NCBI GenBank assembly: GCA_964035545.1
Contig: OZ037767.1
Location: 29,776,628-29,840,627 of the forward strand
From: Bugula neritina
Taxonomy: Eukaryota > Animalia > Bryozoa
Reading direction: 5' to 3'
DNA: 64,000 nucleotides
The notes beneath the pieces are model-generated. The model made no database searches. It was given only the letters and a program-made list of their open reading frames with translations, and was not told where the DNA came from. Positions within the stretch are counted from its first letter, which is position 1; each line of letters starts with the position of its first letter. The position numbers were made by a program, and so were the translations under genes. Below, in pieces: positions 11,234-22,977 of this stretch.

Positions 11234-14200
11234 CTAAACAGTACAGTCTCTAGAAGTATAATGTACAGTATATTCTCCATATCCATCTGTTAGACTCACA
11301 TCATCTAGATCTGTGACATCATACAACTCACAACTTCCTGTTTGTATATCATAGTTTACTGACTGACAGAGACTACTGGATGTACAGATACGAATACACT
11401 GTGCAGCTGACTTTACAGTGTGAGTAGATACTGTGTGAGCATCTATTCTAGAACCTTCCACTTTACAGAACATCATTTGCTGACTGTCTCCTCTGTAGCT
11501 CTTTTGAAAAGCTACGGACTCTTTATCTAAAGGGAAGGCAAGTATACATGCAGTGTAACAGATACCTGCAAGCACCTGCAAGCACCTGCAACAGCTCATG
11601 AAAATAAAAATTTAGTCGGTTGATGATTTGCTTAATGCTTACTCATTATACTTGATAATTCATTTAAAAATCATGTCTTTTAGTCTTAAGCAGCTGCTTA
11701 ACTGAATACATCGAGTTCTTTATCTTCTTTGTTTGGCCTAATTATAGATTTCTTACAAAGTAATTGAATATTTATCTGAGTTTTTGAATGTTATAAAAAT
11801 CATTTTGTTTTTTAATACTGGCTTAGCACAGCTCACCATTGCAAGGAAAGTTTTCATAAATTATGTCAGCTTGACCCATAAACTTCAGAGTATCCCAGTT
11901 TATAACATTTCCTCTGTCATTACACCCCAACTCTTCTATTTCTGTCTCTGTTAGTACGTAGTCCCACATGTTGAATAAAGCAACTTTTCCTGGTACTGAC
12001 TGTATCAATTGTAAATCACCTTTTAAATTAAAAAGAGCACATAACTTCAAAGCATAACAAATAACAGTGATAAAATACCACAGGAACCATTTTATTATAC
12101 ATAATTATATAGGATATATAACCTTTTTAAACATCCATGCTCAGTACAAACTGATCGGTCATCAATATGATAATGCTTATACTATATGCAATGTTAAATG
12201 GGTTCATTATAAACTGTTATACTGTGTGCAAATAAAGCATTACTCAATATTGCATAACTAATATGAAATAGTGTCCAGAAAACACAAAGCTACATCAAGT
12301 AGCTTTACTCACCACCAAATTCATCTTGTTCATGTAATAGAATTATAGTTCCTCCACTGTTTATACCAGCTGATGCAAATAATGTGGCAGCAGTTTGTAT
12401 GAGCTTGAGTTTCCCACGAGTTTCTAGGTCAGCATACCACTGTGATTGAATAATATAAAAGTCTGCATTTTCAATAATATTATGTGAATGAGCATGCAAT
12501 TATGAACATTCTTAGTTGCAATTTGTTTGTCAATACCAAACATATTATCCTGCAAAAAGTTTCAAAGTTATATATATGTGTACCAATAAAGAGATTTAGG
12601 GAGCAATAGTCGAATTGAGTCAGTAGATCGAATTCCAGTAACTCGAGTTGTCAGAAAGAGTAATTAGTCAAAATTGCCTTTTGCCACAGTATAAACAAGT
12701 CCGTTTGAGTTAAATAAATTGAAAGTATATCAACTACAAAACTCTAAGTTATATTGACCGAGTATTTTAATATAAAAATATGACTGAATAGTTCAAAGTT
12801 AGTCTTCATTGCCCAGTATCTTCAAGCTGTTCAAACTCACGGCAAGTTTTCCTTCTGCCTGCCATGTGAAGCAGTGTTTATGCCAGCCATAGAGTGTGTA
12901 CATTGGTGTGTTGGTCAACTCCATTCTATATGTATTTCTGAGAGTCTCTTGTATATTGCCGTTGATGAAGCTTAAAGCAAACTCATTATCTTCACCTGCC
13001 AGGTAACAATATTAAAATTACACATACAATGCACTAATAATACAATAAAATTCAATAATAAAGTAATTATAAAATAAAAATTATACAATGCCAATAATAC
13101 CACACAACAATACAGTCCAATAAAATAATACAATAATGCAGTAATAAGACATACAATTATATAATATAACTGTATAATAAAATAACATTGTTAAGCAAAC
13201 TATGCTATAAACTAATAAAATAATATTACATAAAATCAAACAAACGATTTACTTGGCAGAGAAATAGTGAACAGAAATCTATCAACTGTCGTTGGCAAGT
13301 GACTTTTGGAGAGCCAGAAACAGCAGGTGAAGTTTGAGAGTGCAGGTAGATTTTCCTGGTATACATAATCAGTAATAGATCTGTGTTGTGTGTACACTGG
13401 GAGTTGCTTGCTCCTGCCACCTTTAGAACAACATTAGAATAACTAGCTTATAGTGGTAACTTGTATAATAGCTTGGTTTCATCCCAGATAGACGCTTCCC
13501 AGTTGGACGCTATTTTTTATTTTGGTACCATAATAATGTATATGCATTACCTGTTGTATTGATTGCTAAATAGCTAATACGCTTATATAATTATATATAA
13601 TAGCTAATATAAAGTGTTTGGAATAATAGCCTACTTTTCACTGATTTGTGTAGGGCAAAAAACAGTAATACATTAATAATAGACATTATTTTTAATGAAT
13701 ACTTATTAAAGAAATAGTTTTTTCAAACAAAAAGAAATATAGAATATGAAATAATTAAGTTAATGCAGAGCAAAGGAATTTATTTATGTGCTAGATAGCA
13801 AAGAATTGATCCAAGTTTATTTAAATATACATATATTTCAATAATATTCAAATAAGTTGCACATAAAATATATATTGTACCAAAATAAATAAATAGCGTC
13901 TAACTGGGAAGTGTCTACCTGTGATGACACCAATAGCTTGCGTAAATGAGAAGCAAGCACAGCACAGGTTTTATATTTATTTAAAGCAAAGCTATAAAAT
14001 AATGCTATTTGCTTTTAATAACAATTAGTTATATATACAAGCCTTGTTTAACAAGCTTTATTAATTAACATATTGTTTACATGGTTTTACAATAATCTAT
14101 ATATATTACATGATTCTATACATAATATATTTCATGGCTTTATAATATATTACATATATTTGATGATTCTATACATGATAATATGTCACATAATTATATA

Positions 14201-14300
14201 TATTACACCTTGCATTATACTGATAAAATAACATACCTGCAGTGTAATGACTAACACAAAGCTGCCAACTTATGTATAGAAACAGACAATATTTCGTCAT
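11234..14300 (-). CDS. Secreted pentraxin-PAN/apple protein, copy 2 (type B), ~329 aa
   Basis: Exons 14300-14237, 13420-13253, 12995-12841, 12439-12313, 12019-11837, 11526-11234 give a 990-nt open frame. Signal peptide MTKYCLFLYISWQLCVSHYTA. Pentraxin motifs HEQDEFGG, FNMWDYVL, GNVINW. PAN motif CIRIC...CQSVNY...CEL. Confidence 0.9.
13475..13931. mobile_element. MITE with ~55-bp TIRs and 8-bp TSD (Mutator/Merlin-like); second copy at 26051-26502
   Basis: GGTTTCATCCCAGATAGACGCTTCCCAGTTGGACGCTATT... is inverted at the right end. AATAGCTT is duplicated on both flanks. Found at the same site in intron 1 of both type-B genes. Confidence 0.85.
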
Positions 14301-14377
14301 CTTCAACTCAAAGTCTAAGTAGCAAAACCTGGTGGTCCAGTGAAGGCTGTAACTGTTATCTGGACAAACACTGTGCT

Positions 14378-14390
14378 GATTTATATGCTT
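14378..14390 (-). promoter_or_regulatory. Putative TATA box of type-B/mosaic pentraxin genes (also ~27110, ~32980)
   Basis: TATAAAT on the minus strand ~85 nt upstream of the ATG, conserved in three paralogs. Confidence 0.45.
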
Positions 14391-15132
14391 ATTATGACGT
14401 ATTGATTTTACTTATTTATAATATTATTGATTGATTCCTAGCAACTAATGCTTAATAAAACACTTGGATTATTATATTTTATCTGTTTGAATCTTTTGCA
14501 ATTTAGCTTTTAGCTAAGCAGAAAAATATTAAAAGATTTCTTTGATGACGCTGCTTTAATTATTACATTAAATCACTGTTTATTTCTATTATAATGACTA
14601 CTAGTAATGCACACTATAGTGAAACGTAGCAATAAAATTATAATTCTTGTCATCATTCCAGATAATTATTTAGTAGATGAAAGCATTGTATTTATAATCA
14701 ATATATTTTCATTTATTTTGTGAATGTTTATCAAGCATTTTTTTTATCATAAAACAAGACTCAATTTAAACATTTTAATTGCAATTTGTGAATCATATTA
14801 GAAAATTTTATTTACTGTTTTGGCAAATTAGACTTACTTTTCTAAACATTGCTATATTTACACTACTATAGTGAGAACTTTGTCTTCTGTTATTTGAGTT
14901 ATGATTGGAATTAGTTGAATAATTAGACTGTGGTCATAGATTTGCTAACATAAGTTATACGCCTTTGAATATATTATACACTGTTTATTAATAAATCCTT
15001 TAAAATTAAACATGAATAGTTTATATAATTGTATTATGCTATATATTATATTACTGTACATTATATTATATTACTGCACCAGTAGAATATAGCAGTCATG
15101 CATTTACCTTCATAATATTTAGTGTTTTCTGT

Positions 15133-15138
15133 AGCAGT

Positions 15139-15204
<66 letters not shown>

Positions 15205-15228
15205 AGCAGAAGCAAAAGCAGCAGCAGG
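15133..15228. repeat. (CAG)n microsatellite, unit 1
   Basis: 20 pure CAG (15141-15200) with an impure tail. Confidence 0.97.
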
Positions 15229-16179
15229 AGGATTATATTGATTACAATTTTAAAGACTAGCCAATTGTTTGTTTCTATTTTAGACGGATTGACATTACAT
15301 TGTTTTAGCATGCCAGAAATGGAAATAACACCGGATGCACTACCTATATGGACAGGATTTCTAAAATCGACTTTTCTAACAAGTCAAGCAATTCAATTAA
15401 AACAGTTTGAAGATAAAAAAGATTAAAGTAAATATGCAGCAATCAAAGTCACGGCTCAATTTAATCCAATATAGCTTTTGTAACCACATTTGTGACTTTT
15501 TTAAAAACAAGTATGGGCCATCTTATTGTCAAACCTAAAAACATAAATTTAACATAAGAAATAAGGCTACCTTGAAGCTATCAAAGAATAACACGAGTTT
15601 ATTTGAATAATTCCGAAATTATTGGCTTTACAGCCATGACTGTTTTAACTACAATTTCATTGAAATGAAAGTTGAGTTGATTAACTGTTTTTAACTGCTG
15701 AAGTTGAAGCTTACATCAAGCTAAAGATGAGCTATAAAAAGAGCTTTGTTATGTTTGAAGAGTATGTAGACTTTGAAGCCTTGCACATACAAGAAAACCT
15801 GAGCTATAGTGAATGACAAGAAAAGCTGCATAGATATATAGAAAGCCAGATAAAAAATATTAGATACGGGAGAGTAGAACAAAAACATTTACAACATACT
15901 ATAATTTATTAATTGTGTGTTCAAGTGTTACAACAGTGGGAAGAGCTATAACGACAGGCATAAGTATTAACCAATAAAAATAAAGTAGCAGCATTCACTA
16001 ATTAGTATTATGTTTAGCTAAATTTTGTGGTTATTTATAGTTGCTATACACAGCAAAATAGTTACGTCATTTTTTATAGACTTGATGAATGAATTGTTAA
16101 AGTTTTTCTTTCCTTTTCTTAAGATACTGTTTGATTGCTCTGTATTTTCTGGAGTATGTGTTGTTGACATTACATGAGA

Positions 16180-17688
16180 ATAGACCATGTAAAACTCAGC
16201 CAATCAGCGAAGTGTACCAGGTCAATGTCTTACCATTGTAACTGATATAAAATTCTGCAAGTTCAATTGCAAAATGCATGCTTCTAAAAGCTAGTTGTGC
16301 ATTTTTTTTTTCATGCATTATTTAATTTCATATCTTAAATTGATGACTCTTGAAATGATTTTTTAAAATGTCTAAATTAAGTGTTTATAAAACGCAATTA
16401 AAAATTGCATGTCTAGAAAAATGACCTGGTACACTTTTGCAACTTAAAGCCAATTATTACATAACTGCCAGCTTAGTAGTTATTTGTTGTTGCAGCTTGA
16501 ATGGGTTATTGTTTAGCATTGGAAGCTTGCAGTAAACATCTGTGAATTTGGTACATGACTTTGATTGGCTGGTTTTTGAATGGCCCTTTAGTATATGCAT
16601 CTGGATGGCTGGGTAGTGTAGACTCCGCCTACATCTAGCTAATGTACAGTAGCCAATCCACAGTAGTATTACAAAATTTCTGTTTAACAAATGAAATATT
16701 CTGGTCATTTGTTTTGTACTTTACAATAGTAAATATTCTATTCAACTAGAATTTTATTGTATGTAAGCCATGGGAACTACTAAGAGGTTAAATCAACCAC
16801 CCATGCTGGTAATATTGTAGCTCGCAGTAATAACAAGTCCACACCATATAAATATACACATAAGCTATTATGTGCAGCTTATGAATGCTGAAATGACCCC
16901 ATTTCTTACTTTCAATTTGAAAAAATTGTATTACATATTCTGCCACTTCTGCACCAGAAACTTGTTTTCCTTTTAAATTTTGAAAATAGTAGTCAGTTTC
17001 TATAGCAGTCAACATCCACAATAAACAACGTAAGCTTTCAAATAAACTATAAATATATGAAATATTGGTGTGGAAACAATGTAATTTATTCATTGCTATG
17101 ATGAAAAATTACAAGAATATTATATAAAAGCTAGATATAGATTTCTATAAAATGGCACAGGTAAAAATAACACATTTTTACTTCAAATTCTAAATTTCAT
17201 CAGTCACCAATGGTGGCTGTAGATTACAGAGAGCATAGCAGACTATCATAATCATAAGGATGGTCAGCCCACTGAGCAAAATCCAACTCCAACCTTTCAT
17301 TTGGGCTACCAACACACTAAAGCATATAATGTAAGACGCACAAAAAACAGTGGTTTTAATGAAACATGTGAAGGAAGCGAACAGAAAACGTCTTCAACAG
17401 AGTCAGCTGATATAGAGCAACAGAACTCATCTGACAGCCAGCCTCATAGTCAGACTTCATCAGAAGTAACTGAGTTACCAGAATCATCAACTACTCATAA
17501 AAAAAGATCTGCACATTCTATTGATAGACGAAAATCAAAAGTTGGAAGAAAAGGCTCAAAAAGTTCCACGTTTAAACAAAAAGCAACTATTGAAAAAGTA
17601 AAAGTTTTTAAAACTTTCACCACTACAGATGAGCAAACTAAATTCTATACTGGAATACCTACACGTTCTCTATACTATTTTTTAGCAA
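16180..17688 (+). pseudogene. Degenerate THAP + DDE_Tnp_4-type (ISL2EU/Harbinger group) transposase remnant
   Basis: Segment absent from units 2 and 3 (compare ~28840 and ~34885). Translates HKDGQPTEQNPTPTFHLGY (THAP C-terminal PT motif) and DEQTKFYTGIPT (FYTG motif preceding the transposase HTH). Truncated and frameshifted. Confidence 0.7.
16207..16440. mobile_element. Small inverted-repeat element nested in the transposase remnant
   Basis: Perfect 15-bp inverted repeat AAGTGTACCAGGTCA (16210-16224) / TGACCTGGTACACTT (16422-16436). Confidence 0.6.
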
Positions 17689-17799
17689 GCTATATGCATT
17701 AGCGTCTACTTGAATTATTATTTGTAACTTAATTGTCTCATCATTGTATTATATGCAAATATAAATCAAGTTGAAAGCTTTTGACTTTTGTAGCAGCTG

Positions 17800-18568
17800 C
17801 TAAAATTGTGTTGTTGAAATCTTATCCAAAATTTGTGCTAAGATCTTTATTTTAGCTTCTTCAAGTTTCAACTTTTTAACTTCGAGCTCATAGCTTTTAT
17901 CATTTGTTTTACCAAGACGAGAAAGCAAATCTACAGTTTGACTGTTTAAGTGGAATCTGCGACTTTCTAGTTTTCTCCCTCTTTCAATTGGCTTGCGGTG
18001 TTGGTAGTGTTGGCCATGGATAGCTCTCTTTCTTTCTCTTGCTATGACACTCCTTGACTTTTTCTTGTGACTTTTGCACTTCTTGACTCCTCTAAGAAAT
18101 ATATGATGTTTTATACATCTACAAGTTTAAACTTGTATATACATCTCTATACTGCATGTCTTATATACACGCCCTTGGTTATAAAGCTGCAGAATCGTAA
18201 TATTTATAATAATAGATAATTTGCCTTTTTCAATCAGAGCTTCTAATATATTTTGTAATAAAAAGCCTGTAAATTATAGCCAATAATTTAAATTAAAGTA
18301 ATTTGTAATCAGCAGAGAAAAAATATAGAGAAGTAAAATCGCAACCTTGACTCTTCTGAACTCCTCTCTGTATCTGTGTTCTGATTGGACAACAGCAGCT
18401 GAGGTGGCTTTTCTATTGGTGCTAGTTTTGGCAGTTGGGGTCTAGTTTGTTGGAGTTGTCTAACTTGTTGTTCTTGATGCTGTAGCTTGTGATCTTGTGG
18501 TTCTTGCAATAATTGCTGAGATTGTGTGTGCATTTGTAGTTGATGCTGTTGCTCTGCAAGATCAGGTT
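17800..18568 (-). pseudogene. Orphan duplicate of the last two exons of the gene at 34976-47147 (frame intact)
   Basis: Exons 18568-18346 (Gln-rich) and 18091-17800 (basic region, coiled coil, TAG). Near-identical to 35744-35522 and 35267-34976. Splice sites intact; upstream exons absent. Confidence 0.75.
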
Positions 18569-19007
18569 CTTAGCAATATATTGCATATATAAATATGACT
18601 GTATAATTTTTACATGCTAATTTTTTAAGTTATCAAAGCTGGTGCAACTGCTAGTATACAAATGCATGTAGTTCGATCAATTTTTCTTATTAATATAAGC
18701 TTTAAGTTTATAAATACAAACTTATATGCCACAAAACCAAGGCCTATATTGATAAACATTGCTATGAAATTTTATTTCATAAATCGGAAATGGTTTTCTC
18801 AAAACAGCAAAAAAATCATGAAAAGTACTATAATGAATCCAAAACATGCTTTCAATATGAAATCCAATTTGCAAAAATATGGATTAAATTGTTATTTACA
18901 TCAATTTTCTGCAATTAAACACAAAGAAACTATAAATAGACACAGATATTACAACTATGCAATGATTTATTAACTATTACATCATACAGTTACTATACTG
19001 AGTATAA

Positions 19008-21693
19008 CTAAACAGTACAGTCTCTAGAAGTATAGTGTACAGTATATTCTCCATATCCATCTGTTAGACTCACATCATCTAGATCTGTGACATCATACAA
19101 CTCACAACTTCCTGTTTGTATATCATAGTTTACTGACTGACAGAGACTACTGGATGTACAGATACGAATACACTGTGCTGCTGACTTTACAGTGTGAGTA
19201 GATACTGTGTGAGCATCTATTCTAGAACCTTCCACTTTACAGAACATCATTTGCTGACTGTCTTCTCTGTAGCTCTTTGGAAAAGCTACGGACTCTTTAT
19301 CTGAAATAAAGGCAAGCATACATGCACTGTAACAAGCACCTGCAAGCACCTGCAAGCACCTGCAAGCACCTGCAAGCACCTGCAAGCACCTGCAATAGCT
19401 CTGAAAGTACAAATTTCTGCAGCATTTAGTCAGTTGCAATCTGGAGTTCAAAAACAGTATTGGTTGTATTATTGAAGCTGAGATTTTGATGCTTCGCCTA
19501 CTCATTCTACTTGATAATTCATTTAAAAATCTTGCTTTGTTCTAGTCTTAAGCAGCTGCTTAACTAAATGCATTGGATTCTTTATATTATCTTACAAATT
19601 TCTTATCTGAGTTTTTGTCCTTTACAAAAATCATTTTGATTTTTAATAGTGACAGCACAGCTCACCATTACAAGGGAAGTCTTCATAAATTATGTCAGCT
19701 TGACCCATAAACTTCAGAGTATCCCAGTTTATAACATTCCCTCTGTCATTACACCCCAACTCTTGTATTTCTGTCTCTGTTAGTATGTAGTCCCACATGT
19801 TGAATAACGCTACTTTTCCTGGTACTGACTGTTTCAATTCTAAGTTACCTTATAAATGTAAAAAATGTACACTTTGAAATTACAATGACTAAAAGTAATA
19901 AACTACTACACTAAGGTGAATGCGCATAATTATTATACATGTATAAAGTGTATAGCCTTTGAAACTATTCACTCTGTATATAATAAGGTTTAAACATTTA
20001 CGGTGTTCAACGGATAAATTTTAAACTGTTACATTGTATAATTCTGCAAATAAAACATTATACCTAATATTGTGCATATATGTGATCAACTGCAAGAAGC
20101 ACCAAAAGCAGTATAGTTTTACTCACCACCAAAGCTATCTTGCTCATGTAGTAGTACTATAGTTCCTCCACTGTTTGTACCAGCTGATGTCAATGATGTG
20201 GCAGCAGTTTGTATGAGTTTGAGTTTCCCACGAGTTTCTAGGTCAGCATACCACTGTGGTTAAGTAATACATAAGGTTAGCAGCTTAAATAACATGTGAA
20301 TGAGCTGCCTATGAAAATTCATAGCTGCATTTTTGCCATTAAAATCAAACAGATTCTTTGAATATGCTTAGTAAAAATTTTATTATATATTAATTTTGAA
20401 TAGATATAGCAAGCACTGGCCTAGTCAGTGGTTTGATTCCCAGTTTTGGCGATTGGTGGTGTTAGTAAGGGTAACCAGTCGGCAGTCAAAATTGCTGTCT
20501 TGTCACAATATAGGCATATCTGTTTGAGCTAAATAGATTTTTAGTATATTACATCATAAACTGTAAGATAAAAGTTTCACTAAATGAGAATTTAATGTAA
20601 AAAAAGAAGCAAATATTGAAGAGTGTGTCCTCATTCACGCTGTTTGAACACACATGAAGTTTTCCTTCTGCCTGCCAAGTGAAGCAGTGTTTATGCCAGC
20701 CATACAGTGTGTACATAGGTGTGTTGGTCAACTCCATTCTGTATTTTCTTTTGATAGTCTCTCTTATTATATTGCGGCTAGTAAATCTTAAAGCAAACTC
20801 ATTATCTTCACCTGCCAGGTAACACAAATAAAATTTTGTTTCTACAGCCTCAAAATTATTTGAGTTATGAGTTGGGTATTATATCATATATAATTATAAT
20901 GGAGCAATGAAATTACTGATTCAGTAGAAGCGCGCTAGCGAGGATGACCTTAATCATGTTGTGATTAGCTGCTCAAATGTTAAATAATGTTTTCGTATTT
21001 TATGATGACGAATCTAAAACAATAAGTTGTATTAGATTATATTTTAAATGTTGAATATGAAAACAAACTTATATTAAATTAGATTACCTGGGACAGAAAT
21101 AGAAAACAGGTATCTGCCAGTTTTAGTTGATAGGAAACCTTTAGAAAGCCAGAAACAGCAGGTAAACTTTGAGAGTGCAGGTAAGTTTTCCTGGTATACA
21201 TAATCAGTAGTAGATCTGTGTTGTGTGTACACTGGGAGTTGCTTGCTCCTGCCACCTTTAGAACATAAATGCTAAGGTGTGTTGCTTAGAAGAATGTTAA
21301 AAGTTTTAGACTAATTTATAAGTATTGAACACTGAGTATCATATTTGAATATACAGTATTACAAACATATTACAAATTTATTGAAGCTGTTTAAAGTATA
21401 TTACAGATATATTACAAAGATGCTGCAGGAATAGTTAAAACTAAACTAATTTTTTAAAAAGAATTTGCAAAGTCTAAAATTCAAAGACAAAGTTTGCCAA
21501 AAACTGCTGTTGAAAGATTTTTGCAATACAAATAATTAAAATTTCTACATATAAAATAATGTTTGGAACCCTACAGTTTGTATATTTTTGTTGTATATTA
21601 TAATGAAGTATTATATTATATACAGCATAAAAACTTACCTGAAATAAAGCCACAATTTGAGTAGAAAATAATGAAAGTGTGTAGAATAAGCAT
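19008..21693 (-). CDS. Secreted pentraxin-PAN/apple protein, copy 3 (type A), ~327 aa
   Basis: Exons 21693-21639, 21255-21088, 20811-20654, 20253-20127, 19848-19666, 19300-19008 give a 984-nt open frame. LLHEQDSFGGNLELKQS...NMWDYIL parallels CRP LGQEQDSFGGNFEGSQS...NMWDFVL. Confidence 0.9.
19334..19395. repeat. 10-bp VNTR (GCACCTGCAA)n in intron 5; paralogous tracts ~11564-11591, ~23309-23345, ~30467-30514
   Basis: Directly visible: 3, 6, 4 and 5 CCTGCAA units in copies 2, 3, 4 and 5. Confidence 0.95.
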
Positions 21694-22491
21694 ATTCCGA
21701 ATTAAGCTGGTGCTTTCTTTATTAGAAATGCACATATTTTAAAGCATCTTCAAACTATATCTCAAGTTTTAACTAAACAACTGAAGAAAGTAATATGTAT
21801 ATGTATATTAATATGTAGTATTAAAAAGATTATTGATTTCCAACATTTGTAATTTACTTATGCATATATATAATTTCTTCAACCTATAATTGCATCTATT
21901 TTATTGCCTTTTCTAATTAAGTTCATAAACAAAGACTCGTTTGTTAATATGCAGGTACTGGAAAGAAAAGAAATTTTACTGTCCATCACTTCTACAAGGC
22001 AAAGCTTTAAAGACATGTTTTATATCTGCAGCTAATAGTTTAATTCATTAAGCAGATTAAAACCAATGAACATGCTACTTAACATTCAAAGGTAGTTGGC
22101 AATTTAACATCTCATCAATTATTTTATTATATATATTTGACTATATTAACAATAATACTTTATATTGAGTTTTCACTGTTGATAAGTAAAGGTATATAAC
22201 ACCTATACCTATACGTAACTGTTATTACATACCCTGTTTCATTATTTATAGCAGGAGCATCAAACAAACTTGCCAACACATTATCCAATTCAACTGGTTG
22301 AGTCAATATTCTGTTCAAACAATTCCCTGGTGACAGGTAATAACATGTGCTATAAAGCACATATTATAAGTAAGTGAAATGATTCAATATTAATATATTA
22401 TTGCTAATTGAAGGTCAACAAACCTTTGCGTATTGCTAGCATTACTGTGTATGATTGTAACATTTAAGCTTCTCACGTGTTTATGTTTTAT

Positions 22492-22523
<32 letters not shown>

Positions 22524-22977
22524 TTAAATCTTAAATAAAACAGCTGGAAAAGACAAAATAATTTGTTGCATAATATTTGTATAAAGTAACAATCTTCTTA
22601 ATAGCTGAATCATTGAGCTAACCTAACAACAAATCTTCTATGATACTAATAAGTTGTTGTCCTCTCCCGAAAATTTTCCAATGTATAAGACTTGCACTTA
22701 GGCCAAAAGGTCACAACTCCAACAACTGATGCATTGTACATTGTGCATTCATTACTTAAAAAATGAGCTTGCAGTGCTAACAAAACTTACAAAAATAAAA
22801 AATATACTACACAATAAAACCAGAACACATTTTAAACGCGATATTTAATTTGCAAAAATTGTTCTTTACAGCAATTTTCTGCAATTAAACACAAAGAATT
22901 AAATAGACACAAATATTATACATATTATATAATGATTTATTAACTATTACATCATACAGTCACTATACTGAGTATAA

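Noticed and set aside
13226-13420. Track ORFs MAGASNSQ... (also 25802-25996)
   Set aside because: Wrong frame of pentraxin exon 2. The spliced frame reads GGRSKQLPVYTQHRS.
15096-15311. Poly-Leu / poly-Ser ORFs (also 27770-28024, 33675-34055)
   Set aside because: Artefacts of CAG tracts in intergenic spacers. The frames are not conserved among the three units.
20412-20530. Possible tRNA gene or extra coding exon in intron 3
   Set aside because: Only a B-box-like motif with no cloverleaf. Exons 3 and 4 already join in frame, and the block leads to stops in the relevant frame.
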